59,305 nucleotides of DNA from an uncultured Candidatus Saccharibacteria bacterium (GCA_964600295.1 CAZRIY010000004.1:1-59305), one strand, 5' to 3'; positions 1 through 8,409 are shown, counted from the stretch's first letter. Notes: a model not told the origin generated them from the letters alone. A program made the numbers and translations.

Positions 1-29
1 GCACTTGCCACTTGGGCAACTTCTTTGAC

Positions 30-106
30 TGGAGGGCCTGGAGGGATTCGAACCCTCGACACGCGGCTTAAGAGGCCGCTGCTCTAACCAACTGAGCTAC
101 AGGCCC
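30..106 (-). tRNA. tRNA-Lys(CTT)
   Basis: Reverse complement GGGCCTGTAGCTCAGTTGGTTAGAGCAGCGGCCTCTTAAGCCGCGTGTCGAGGGTTCGAATCCCTCCAGGCCCTCCA; cloverleaf, CTT anticodon, encoded CCA. Confidence 0.96.
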
Positions 107-204
107 ATATCGGAGAAGATATCGACATCCGCAATTTTACCAATAGTTAAACAAAATTGCTTGCTGCACTAATTATCGATTGTGAGATTTCTTACAAAAA
201 ACGC

Positions 205-233
205 TTGACATTCAACGCTTATGGTTAAATAAT
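205..233 (+). promoter_or_regulatory. sigma70-type promoter driving the 240-630 unit
   Basis: Perfect TTGACA (205-210), 17 bp spacer, AATAAT (228-233); GCTTATG element in the spacer. Confidence 0.6.
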
Positions 234-239
234 GAAAGT

Positions 240-630
240 GTTTCACGTTGGCACGAGTCAACGACACAAGAAACAAAGAGCAGTAACCAGAAACCGAAAT
301 ACAAATCCAGAACCAAAGTTACAGCTCGGCACATTAAAAGCAGAGGGTTGCCTAGCCACGGATATCCTAAATTGCATATTTCGAAAGGCGATTCCGCCCC
401 TTAGATTGCGCCTTGCTGCGCAATGAGTCCCGGCGGTCCGCCAGAAAATGTTCCATTGAAGGTTCCACCAGGGGGCAACGAGGCGACCGGTAAGGTCAAC
501 GGATCAAACACATTTGACCAACCGTTCAGACCAACCGGTCGCCTCGTCCGCTCATCCACACCACCCAACTCTCTGCTTTTCTCTCTCGAAAACAAATAAT
601 TAAGCGACCCGAAGATCCGGGTCGCTTCTT
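240..630 (+). ncRNA. putative large structured non-coding RNA (unit A)
   Basis: 15-bp closing stem 336-350/566-580, perfect 14-bp stem 478-491/534-547, several small hairpins, promoter upstream and terminator hairpin at 602-630; no convincing ORF. Confidence 0.55.
602..630 (+). terminator. intrinsic terminator-like hairpin
   Basis: AAGCGACCCG-AAGATC-CGGGTCGCTT followed by CTT. Confidence 0.65.
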
Positions 631-646
631 AATGCTGACTGAAATT

Positions 647-667
647 AAAAAAACGGCCATTTGGCCG
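647..667 (-). terminator. Rho-independent terminator
   Basis: Minus strand CGGCC-AAAT-GGCCG followed by T7. Confidence 0.7.
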
Positions 668-1036
668 ATTAAATAGGGTGTGATGAGGCGGGGGCGGGAG
701 GTGTCGTGGTGATAGGTTTCTGACCGTGAGGTCAGTCCTTGTCTCCTCGACACTCTCCCGATTCCCGCCATCTGCAGGGATGATCTTTCCGGGTTGCCCC
801 TTCGGGATATCCCCACAATTGGTGGAGACGCTCTCCGATTTCCCGACCTACATCGAGCCGAAGCTCTTTGTAAGATCTCCTACTTAAAGATTTTGGCCGT
901 TGGCCTCTGTCTTTAAGAGTGACTAAGGTTGTCGGAAAAGATAGGTTTCGTGCGCACCATGATCTGGAACCGAGGTTCCTCGTCTAGATGTGCCTTATCG
1001 GCTATCAGCATTTTCATGTTCGCTCCACCAGGAGTG
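647..1036 (-). ncRNA. putative large structured non-coding RNA (unit B)
   Basis: Minus-strand promoter (1042-1071) and terminator (647-667) bracket many hairpins: long stem 687-769, C-UUCG-G and G-GCAA-C tetraloops on the minus strand, CTTAAAGA/TCTTTAAG stem. Confidence 0.55.
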
Positions 1037-1041
1037 AAATC

Positions 1042-1071
1042 AGTATACGCTTTGGTTAATTGTTGTTGCAA
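1042..1071 (-). promoter_or_regulatory. sigma70-type promoter for unit B
   Basis: TTGCAA (1071-1066), 18 bp spacer, TATACT (1047-1042). Confidence 0.55.
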
Positions 1072-1176
1072 GCATAAGCATTCAGGAATTTCTACAGGTT
1101 ATCCACAGAATTACAGATGACTGTAATTGTAGGCATATAAAATCTAGATTTTATTGACGCTTGGCGTTTATAATTT

Positions 1177-1944
1177 GTGGAAGTGAATGAACTTAATTTA
1201 AAAATTGATTTGCGCATGGCCGTAGCCGGATTGCTGATTGTGATTGCGGTGATGCTGGGTATTTGGCGGCCGTGGGATTCTTCTCAGCCAACCAGAACGA
1301 TCACAGTCACCGGTGAGGGCTCTATCAGCGCAGCACCGGATGAATTTAGTTTTGCCCCCTATTATCAAGCCAGCGGCACCGATTCTAACGAGGCCCTAAA
1401 CAAGGTTACCAAAACCGGCAACGAGGTGGTTGCCAAGGTCAAAGAATTTGGTGTCAAGGATGAACAAATAACCACCCAGATTACATCTGGTGGATATGAT
1501 TATTTGGAGGGTGCGCCCAGAGACGCCGACTCTGTATCGATACGGAACCAATCCTATAACACGGCCACTTTCAGCCTTACCATTACTGTTGATAACAAAG
1601 ACCTGGCCCAGAGGATATTGGACCATCTATTGACCACATCTTCAGTTAGCGGAGTTTTTCCCACCAGTACTTTCAGGGATGATACTCGCACTGATCTGGA
1701 GCTTGATGCTCGAAAAAAGGGATCGGAGAACGCTCGGCGCAAAGCCAAGGAAACGGTTAAGGAGTTGGGCGCCAGACTGGGCAGGGTTGTTAAAATATCC
1801 GAGCTAAATCAATTCAGGGGGCCAATAATTCTAGACTCTGCGTCTGAAGGCGCATCCGCCAAGAGAGGCGTCACGTCGCCGCGATTGGAAACCGGCAGCC
1901 AAGACTTAAGTTTTACAATTACAGTCGAATACGAAATCAAATAG
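1177..1944 (+). CDS. SIMPL/DUF541 domain membrane-anchored protein
   Basis: N-terminal TM helix, RTITVTGEGSISAAPD and ARRKA...LGARLGRVVKISE motifs, C-terminal ITVEYEIK. Confidence 0.85.
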   Translation: MEVNELNLKIDLRMAVAGLLIVIAVMLGIWRPWDSSQPTRTITVTGEGSISAAPDEFSFAPYYQASGTDSNEALNKVTKTGNEVVAKVKEFGVKDEQITTQITSGGYDYLEGAPRDADSVSIRNQSYNTATFSLTITVDNKDLAQRILDHLLTTSSVSGVFPTSTFRDDTRTDLELDARKKGSENARRKAKETVKELGARLGRVVKISELNQFRGPIILDSASEGASAKRGVTSPRLETGSQDLSFTITVEYEIK

Positions 1945-1975
1945 ATCTGGCACGGCCTATGGTCCGATTTTCGAA

Positions 1976-2251
1976 CTAATGCGATGCTGTCTTAGCTGAT
2001 CGGTAAGCATCCACGGCAAAAGCAAATTGATAAAGGAGCAATGCAGCAAATAACGGAAGCCACTCAGCAATTTGAAGATTACGAACAGATTCGTCTACAG
2101 CTCTATCGATAATTTGCGGAAGTGGCAAGAACCAGAAAAGCAGTTCTGCAATTAGGACCATCCAACCAAATACTATTCGTTGCTTCAAGTATAGATAGGC
2201 AGAACCGGGAAGCAAGAAATTCATTATGGCCGCAAGAGTTGGGCTCTTCAT
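1976..2251 (-). CDS. small membrane protein (TM2-like)
   Basis: KSPTLAAIMNFLLPGSAYLYL motif, 2-3 hydrophobic helices; TATAAT 6 nt before ATG. Confidence 0.7.
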   Translation of the reverse strand: MKSPTLAAIMNFLLPGSAYLYLKQRIVFGWMVLIAELLFWFLPLPQIIDRAVDESVRNLQIAEWLPLFAALLLYQFAFAVDAYRSAKTASH

Positions 2252-2288
2252 AGTAAAATTATACTATTAAACTGATTTAGTAGAGGGA

Positions 2289-2365
2289 TGGCACGCCCGG
2301 CAGGACTTGAACCCGCGACCTTCTGGTCCGAAGCCAGACGCTCTAATCCACTGAGCTACGGGCGC
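2289..2365 (-). tRNA. tRNA-Arg(TCG)
   Basis: Cloverleaf GCGCCCGTAGCTCAGTGG...TCTGG-CTTCGGA-CCAGA...GGTTCAAGTCC...GCCA. Confidence 0.95.
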
Positions 2366-2390
2366 ACGTTTATAACTTTAGCAGAAGTGT

Positions 2391-3071
2391 TTACCAATTA
2401 ATCGCTTTGCGAGGCTGGTCGGCTATTCTTTTCTTTAGTTTACTGCGTAAAGCTTTTCGTCTGTTGTTTGCAGTTCGCTTTTTTCGTACATACTCTGAGT
2501 TTTCTCGAGGATCACCATTTTGTGGTTTTGGGGGTTGATAAAAAATCTTTTCTAATTCTGCAACTGTAAACGTATCGCTTTCTAGATCGCGCCAGTCAAT
2601 GCCAGTTAATTTTATGACCCCGCTCTTACCCTCGCGGCTGAGCAGATTGATAAACCAATATTCAGCTACACCCCGCCTATCTCGACTCATATCAGCCAGT
2701 TCTTTTTTGCGTTCATCAACGGCCACTTTTTCCTCATATGGGGCAGTTGGGATACGGCCAAAATTCCGCTCGGCATATCGACCCATCGCCTTTTTGAAGA
2801 ATTTTTGATAGTTGTGTGACTTTTCGTCTTCAATGTTAGCGTTATGAAGTTCGCCTTCATTTTTTCTAGCATCGCTAATCAGTTCGAAGACAGCGTCTAG
2901 CATCTCTTCGGGCGTTGTATCTGTAATTATTTCGGGTTCAGTATAGCTTCCCCGGGATGTAGGCTCGGGAAAATGAGGTACCGGCTCAACATCTACTATC
3001 GGCTTTGGTGAATCTGGAATGTGATGTTCCGTAAAGAAAGTACCTTGGTCTGGTTGTTGATTTGGGTTCAT
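2391..3071 (-). CDS. hypothetical protein
   Basis: 226-aa ORF with Pro/acidic N-terminus and basic C-terminus; -10-like element just before ATG; no recognisable family. Confidence 0.6.
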   Translation of the reverse strand: MNPNQQPDQGTFFTEHHIPDSPKPIVDVEPVPHFPEPTSRGSYTEPEIITDTTPEEMLDAVFELISDARKNEGELHNANIEDEKSHNYQKFFKKAMGRYAERNFGRIPTAPYEEKVAVDERKKELADMSRDRRGVAEYWFINLLSREGKSGVIKLTGIDWRDLESDTFTVAELEKIFYQPPKPQNGDPRENSEYVRKKRTANNRRKALRSKLKKRIADQPRKAINW

Positions 3072-3193
3072 AGACTCATTTTATAGCATAAACATTATGA
3101 AAAATCAATACTTTGATCGTGTGTCGCCAGTGTATAGGACTGCAGATACGATTCGTGCTAAGCACACCATAGGGTGTAGGAAGCTAAGCGTGC

Positions 3194-3526
3194 CTAATGT
3201 TTTTGGCGTTTGCGTGGCCCACCAGTCGGTAAAGTAACTCTAGCAGGATGGTTTTGCCGAGTTCGTTCTCGATGTAGAGGATGTCTCTCTTGCTCATTTA
3301 GCCCTCCCCAAATACCTTCGCGCTGGTTTGTACGAAGAGCCCATTCTAAGCACTGCTCACTAACCGCACACTCATTGCAATAGGATTTGGCTTCTGTCTC
3401 GCGTGTTTCTCTCTGCACTGAGTTCTCATTACCCGAGGGAATAAAGAAAATATCCGGATCAACGTCCTCTTTTTGGCATTCGCCGTCGAATATAAAGTTG
3501 GGATATATCTCTGCGGAGTTCTCCAC
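3194..3526 (-). CDS. whiB: WhiB-family Fe-S transcription regulator
   Basis: C..DPDIFF..AKSYCNECAVSEQCLEWAL..GIWGGLNEQER: four Cys plus G[IV]WGG. Confidence 0.9.
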   Translation of the reverse strand: MENSAEIYPNFIFDGECQKEDVDPDIFFIPSGNENSVQRETRETEAKSYCNECAVSEQCLEWALRTNQREGIWGGLNEQERHPLHRERTRQNHPARVTLPTGGPRKRQKH

Positions 3527-3541
3527 AGATTAATTATAGTG

Positions 3542-4840
3542 CTATTCGGTGGGTAGGGGAAAGCCTAGGGCAAGGGCTCTAATTTCATCTCCTAACTTGC
3601 GCAAGACTTTAGTATCATTATGTTTTTTGAGAGCTTTGTAAAGCCATTCAGCTAGTTGGATCATTTCAACTTCTTTCATACCGCGGGTGGTGATTGCTGG
3701 TGTACCTAGCCGAATACCGCTGGGGTCAAAGGGCGGGCGTGGATCATCAGGAATAACATTTTTGTTAACCGTTAAGCCAATTTTATCTAGCGCTGCTTCT
3801 GCCACTCCGCCACTGATGCCAAAGGATTTTTGGATATCAATCAGTATCAGGTGATTATCGGTACCGTTGGTAATTAGACGAAAGCCCCGATTCATTAGTT
3901 CCGTGGCCAGGGTTTTGGCGTTATTCAGAACTTGCTGGGCATAGATATTAAAAGCGGGGCGGGCAGCTTCGCCAAAGGCTACTGCCTTGGCCAAAATAAC
4001 GTTCATGTGCGGTCCACCCTGCAATCCGGGAAAAACCGCTCGATCGATTAGGGTTGGTAGGTTTCGTACTTTCTTGTCTGCAGCCTTGAGGGGATTAGTG
4101 GCTTGGCCTTGGGATAAAATTAAGCCACCGCGTGGTCCGCGCAAAGTTTTATGGGTGGTAGCAGTGGCGACTTGGAAGCCCGCCTGCAGGGGATTGGCCA
4201 AAACCCCTCCAGCAATTAGACCAGCCAAGTGGGCAATGTCGGCCATGGCCACCGCCCCTACTTCCTCGGCGATTGCAGCGAATTTGGCATAATCTAGCTC
4301 GCGCGGGTAGCTAGAGAAACCGGCCAAAATAATCTTGGGCTTATGCTGCTTGGCCAGGGCTCGAATTTGATCGTAGTCTAGCTCCCCGGTTTCTATATTC
4401 TTCATCCCGTAGCGGACAAAATTGTAGAGTTTGGCCGGTAGCGTTAAGGGGTGGCCGTGCGTCAGGTGCCCACCGTGCGATAGATCCATGGCCAAGATGG
4501 TATCGCCAAGCTCAGCCCATGCAGAGTAAACCGCCAGGTTAGCTGGAGCCCCGGATAATACCTGAACATTGGCGTGATCGGCGGCAAATAGCTTTTTTGC
4601 GCGGTCAATTGCCAATTGCTCGATTTGATCGGTATTAATCTGGCCTCCGTAGTAGCGTTTACCGGGATAGCCTTCGGCATATTTATTGGTAAATACCGTA
4701 CCCAAGGCCTCGAGGACTGCGGGGCTAACGTAGTTTTCGCTGGGGATTAATTCTAAGCCTTGGTTTTGCCGCTTGGTTTCGGCTTCTGCCAGCTTGGCCA
4801 GCTCAGGATCTTGACGAGCCAGATGTGAATAATCGGTCAT
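3542..4840 (-). CDS. glyA: serine hydroxymethyltransferase
   Basis: LIPSENY, NKYAEGYPGKRYYGG, TTHKTLRGPRGG PLP motif. Confidence 0.98.
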   Translation of the reverse strand: MTDYSHLARQDPELAKLAEAETKRQNQGLELIPSENYVSPAVLEALGTVFTNKYAEGYPGKRYYGGQINTDQIEQLAIDRAKKLFAADHANVQVLSGAPANLAVYSAWAELGDTILAMDLSHGGHLTHGHPLTLPAKLYNFVRYGMKNIETGELDYDQIRALAKQHKPKIILAGFSSYPRELDYAKFAAIAEEVGAVAMADIAHLAGLIAGGVLANPLQAGFQVATATTHKTLRGPRGGLILSQGQATNPLKAADKKVRNLPTLIDRAVFPGLQGGPHMNVILAKAVAFGEAARPAFNIYAQQVLNNAKTLATELMNRGFRLITNGTDNHLILIDIQKSFGISGGVAEAALDKIGLTVNKNVIPDDPRPPFDPSGIRLGTPAITTRGMKEVEMIQLAEWLYKALKKHNDTKVLRKLGDEIRALALGFPLPTE

Positions 4841-4882
4841 TTGCCATAGTGTAGCAGTTTCAAAATCGCTACAATGGCGCGT

Positions 4883-6184
4883 ATGATATCCAAGCTAATC
4901 GTGGAGGGTGGCCGCCCCCTCTCCGGAGAAGTAGCCGCCAGCGGAGCCAAAAATTCGGCCACCAAACTGATGGTGGCTTCACTACTGACCGATGAGCCGG
5001 TAGTGCTATATAACCTACCTCTGATAGGCGATGTCGATATTACCAGTCAGATTTGCCAAGCCATCGGCAGCCGACTGGAAATCACAGACCATACTCTTAC
5101 CATCCATACCCCCAAGATCATTAGCACCAAAGTTAAAGAGCAAACTCGCAGTAATCGCCTATCGGTATTGGCGCTAGGACCGCTGCTGCAGCGCGCTGGC
5201 GAAGCTGAGCTGCCAGTTGTCGGCGGCGACAAATTGGGGGCCCGCCCGGTCGATTACCATATCGGCGCTCTTAGACAAATGGGTGCTGAGATTGAGGAAA
5301 CTTCGGCTGGCTACAAAGCTAGAACTAAGGGGCTTAAAGGAGCCAAAATTGAGTTGCCCTACCCGAGCGTGGGTGCTACTGAAAATATTATCCTGGCTGC
5401 TGTACTAGCCAAGGGTCGAACGGTGATAAACAACGCGGCTACCGAACCAGAGGTAATAGAAATGGTGATGATGCTCCAACGTATGGGGGCCATTATCGAA
5501 TTTCGGACCAATCGGTCGGTAGTAATTGACGGCGTTGAACGTTTGCATGGCACTGCCTATTACATTATGCCCGACCGTCTAGAGGTAGCATCTTGGGGTC
5601 TGTTGGCGCTGGCTACCAATGGAAAAATTGCCGTCCACAATTGTCGTCAAACCCACCTAGTGACCTTCTTAAATACCATCCGGCGGCTGGGAGCTGACTA
5701 CCACATAGCTGGTGACACTATTACATTTAAAAGGGCGGGGGTACTACGTCCAGTTGAAATTGTGACTGACGTCTGGCCAGGGTTTTCCAGCGATTGGCAG
5801 CAACCTCTGGGAGTAGTTCTGACGCAGGCCGATGGTCAATCGGTGATTCACGAAACGGTTTATATAAACCGTTTTGAATATACCAAAACTTTACAAAAGA
5901 TGGGTGCCAAGATTGAATTGTTTAATGCTACTAAAAGTGGCTTAGGAAAGGAATTAAATAAAACTCACTATAGCCAAAGCGCTCGTTTTGCTGGCCCAAC
6001 CAATCTACATGGCACAAGCATAGACATCCCAGATATTAGAGCCGGTATGGCCCAGCTAATTGCAGCTTTAACCGCCAGCGGCAGTTCAACCATTGATGGT
6101 ATGGAGCACATACTGCGCGGCTATGAAGACCCACTAAATAAACTAAAAGCGGTTGGCGCTAAATTTCGAACCGTTGAGAGTTAG
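4883..6184 (+). CDS. murA: UDP-N-acetylglucosamine 1-carboxyvinyltransferase (Cys-to-Asp variant)
   Basis: SGAKNS, GGDKLGARPVDYH, SVGATENI, DIRAG motifs; start placed at ATG 4883 after a TACAAT. Confidence 0.95.
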   Translation: MISKLIVEGGRPLSGEVAASGAKNSATKLMVASLLTDEPVVLYNLPLIGDVDITSQICQAIGSRLEITDHTLTIHTPKIISTKVKEQTRSNRLSVLALGPLLQRAGEAELPVVGGDKLGARPVDYHIGALRQMGAEIEETSAGYKARTKGLKGAKIELPYPSVGATENIILAAVLAKGRTVINNAATEPEVIEMVMMLQRMGAIIEFRTNRSVVIDGVERLHGTAYYIMPDRLEVASWGLLALATNGKIAVHNCRQTHLVTFLNTIRRLGADYHIAGDTITFKRAGVLRPVEIVTDVWPGFSSDWQQPLGVVLTQADGQSVIHETVYINRFEYTKTLQKMGAKIELFNATKSGLGKELNKTHYSQSARFAGPTNLHGTSIDIPDIRAGMAQLIAALTASGSSTIDGMEHILRGYEDPLNKLKAVGAKFRTVES

Positions 6185-6531
6185 TCTCGGCTGCGAATTA
6201 CAAAGCCGATTGTCTTTTTGGGAACGGCATTGTTAGCCCGACGGGCATATGTGCCAACCGCAGCTAGTATCACGAAGCCGATGAACATATAGGCTACCGC
6301 CGCAAACAAGGTAGATAGCTCGACATTAAAGCCATCGCCAAGTCTAACCGTTGGAAACCATTCCAAAAAGGGATCAAGCACAGGGTGTGACTGGTCGTAG
6401 ACCCAATCCACAAATCGATTTGTTGCATCTGCATTCAGCAAACGCAATAAAAATCTTCCACCTAAAAGCATGCCAACAATCCACATGGTTGTTTGGGTAA
6501 CCCAACCGACCACCATATCTGGTTTTGCCAT
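6181..6531 (-). CDS. YggT-family membrane protein
   Basis: RFLLRLLNA..NRFVDWVYD.SHPVLDPF..ELSTLFA pattern. Confidence 0.8.
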   Translation of the reverse strand: MAKPDMVVGWVTQTTMWIVGMLLGGRFLLRLLNADATNRFVDWVYDQSHPVLDPFLEWFPTVRLGDGFNVELSTLFAAVAYMFIGFVILAAVGTYARRANNAVPKKTIGFVIRSRD

Positions 6532-6724
6532 AACCTCTCCTTTACTTTATATTAATGATCTTATTATATACCCAAAATTAGAATTTGGGCTTGGGAAAGG
6601 TAAACATTAGGGGTATGTATATTTCTTGATAACTTTTTAAGCAATAGTAATGGGTGTTAGAGCATCAATCAAAGATGGCATTAGAAAGCCACTTCATGCG
6701 TATACAAGCAGACCGCCTGATGCA

Positions 6725-6943
6725 TCACCTAGCGTCAAACTGGCGGTAATCTTCTGCTCCGCCGACATCTTGATGGGGATAACTAAAATCGCTTGGCAGA
6801 GGGATATCTGATCCTCTTCCGTTCGCGGGAACAAATGGGAGCGGTTTAGAGACCGGCCGATAGCGAGCAACGATGTAGACTGCTGTAAGCAGCAAGAGTA
6901 GCAATGGCAAAGCAACTAGCCATGGCTTGCCGGCTATTTTCAT
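6725..6943 (-). CDS. possible small membrane-anchored protein
   Basis: ATG start, one strong N-terminal TM helix, directly follows 6960-7160. Confidence 0.45.
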   Translation of the reverse strand: MKIAGKPWLVALPLLLLLLTAVYIVARYRPVSKPLPFVPANGRGSDIPLPSDFSYPHQDVGGAEDYRQFDAR

Positions 6944-6959
6944 TTTCCCGAGACTTAAT

Positions 6960-7160
6960 TTAGTAAGCGCTGCCGTCAGACAAGAAGAAGTAATAAATCA
7001 AAAAGTAGACTACCGCGCCAACAACCAAGTAAAGTACGATCCAAAACCAGGTGGGCTTTTTGCCGTAGCCGCCTTTGGCGGGCGGCTTTGCGCCAGATTC
7101 GGTCACTGGCTGTGACGGCTGCTGATTTTCTTGATCTTGTGGTGTTAAGCTATCATCCAT
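6960..7160 (-). CDS. small single-TM protein
   Basis: Acidic/Gln N-terminus and WIVLYLVVGAVVYFLIYYFF helix; AGGGG RBS upstream. Confidence 0.7.
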   Translation of the reverse strand: MDDSLTPQDQENQQPSQPVTESGAKPPAKGGYGKKPTWFWIVLYLVVGAVVYFLIYYFFLSDGSAY

Positions 7161-7200
7161 AATATTTCCCCTTTATATAAAATCACTATATCATAAGCGT

Positions 7201-7593
7201 TTATTTACGCGGCTGGGTAATGCGGGGAGGGGCGCCATATTGCGGCTGTATAAAGTTACTCGGCTTAGTCTTGGGTAGCTGGTTTACCCCTTCCACTAGC
7301 CATTTAGCGCCCGAGGCACCTACTATTGGAACATGTTGGGCATAAGCCAGAGCATTGGCCACACTTATCCCAATCCGCAACCCGGTAAATGAACCCGGTC
7401 CCTCAAAAACAACCAATCCAGAAAGCTGGCTGAGATTGCCTCCGGCTTGCTTCAGTAGGCCGACAATACGAGACAATATGTCTTGGGATAATTGCCGGTC
7501 TGCTTGCCAAATATCATTCCGGACGGTATTGCCGGATTTATCAAGCAAGTAAATCTCGGCGATTGGCTGGTCAGTCTTGATGGCTAGGATCAT
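7201..7593 (-). CDS. tsaB: t6A biosynthesis protein TsaB (short form)
   Basis: MILAIKT start, GPGSFTGLRIG motif; adjacent to tsaE. Confidence 0.9.
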   Translation of the reverse strand: MILAIKTDQPIAEIYLLDKSGNTVRNDIWQADRQLSQDILSRIVGLLKQAGGNLSQLSGLVVFEGPGSFTGLRIGISVANALAYAQHVPIVGASGAKWLVEGVNQLPKTKPSNFIQPQYGAPPRITQPRK

Positions 7594-8063
7594 TTCAGCG
7601 TCTCGATTAGGCTTTGGGCTTTTTCGCCAATAGCCCTAAACCGAAGTTCCCGGCTTTCTTCGCTTTCGGTAATGAGATTGATTTGCAGCCGCTCGGTTGG
7701 AAGAGTGTTTTTAACAATTTGCGCCCACTCAATAACCGCTATGAATTTGTGGTTGGCCAAAACCTCGGCCAGCTCTTGGCCAACCACACCAGCATCATCT
7801 AGCCGGTGAAAATCGAAGTGATGAATCTCCAGCGCCTGGCGGCCGTGGTAAATCCGGCTAAGAGTAAAGCTGGGGCTTTGGACCTTGTCTTGGCTATTTA
7901 TGCCCTCTGCTAAGCCGCGAACTAGAACGGTTTTGCCACTACCCAAATCTCCAACTAGCTCGATAACTTCCCCGCCAGCCAGTTTACGGCCCAGCGTGCG
8001 TCCGATTGCCAAAGTATCGGCGTAAGATTTGGAAACGATTTCTGATGTCTTAGCGAAACTCAT
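7590..8063 (-). CDS. tsaE: t6A biosynthesis ATPase TsaE
   Basis: GDLGSGKT Walker A, VQSPSF, HFDFHRL, IEWA. Confidence 0.95.
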   Translation of the reverse strand: MSFAKTSEIVSKSYADTLAIGRTLGRKLAGGEVIELVGDLGSGKTVLVRGLAEGINSQDKVQSPSFTLSRIYHGRQALEIHHFDFHRLDDAGVVGQELAEVLANHKFIAVIEWAQIVKNTLPTERLQINLITESEESRELRFRAIGEKAQSLIETLK

Positions 8064-8409
8064 ATGCTCCGTATAGTAGCGCCAGAGTGGCTACCACGGC
8101 AATAATTCTGTTTGATAGCGGCGTTGTGGGAATAGTAGCAGCCACACTTTGGGGATTGGTACCTCCGCGCTGCTCGGCTGCAATTTTGCGACAACGATTA
8201 GTTTCGGGATTGCGTTCCTGCCCTTCTGCGCAGGGTTTAAGTTCCGACTCGGCAGACGCAACCGCACGACAACGATTGGTCTCTGGATTACGCTCCTGCC
8301 CTGGTTTACATGGGGTCAGCGTGGAAGTGGTATTAACAATAGATCGGCAACGGTTGGTCTCGGGATTTCGGGTATACCTACCCTGTTTTTCGTCAATGAA
8401 ATTGGCCAC
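8050..8409 (-). pseudogene. likely C-terminal remnant of a surface protein with RNPETNRCR repeats
   Basis: Three 26-aa-spaced Cys repeats and a C-terminal TM helix, no signal peptide, GTG start abutting the promoter of the divergent gene. Confidence 0.5.
8188..8370 (-). repeat. 3x tandem coding repeat, 78-bp period (RNPETNRCR)
   Basis: Peptide RNPETNRCR at residues 14, 40 and 66 of ORF 8050-8409. Confidence 0.9.

Noticed and set aside
691-1030. tmRNA (GGGGCGG at 691 can pair with TCGCTCC-ACCA at 1020-1030 including a G3-U70-like pair; GGTGATAGGTTTC resembles a tmRNA 5' end)
   Set aside because: No T-arm before the CCA, no evident tag frame, and the promoter and terminator point to the opposite strand; still worth a cmsearch
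240-1036. RNase P RNA, SRP RNA or a self-splicing intron
   Set aside because: No GAGGAAAGUCC/CGGCUUA, SRP domain IV, group II domain V or group I P7 elements found on either strand
1099-1107. DnaA box TTATCCACA as a sign of oriC
   Set aside because: Only one perfect box, no dnaA/dnaN nearby and no box cluster
232-1120. ORFs 232-426, 401-595, 526-816 and 929-1120 as proteins
   Set aside because: No recognisable motifs, they overlap each other or the strong RNA stems, and some cross the terminators
8188-8370. CRISPR array
   Set aside because: Repeats are in-frame, vary at synonymous positions, and there are no cas genes
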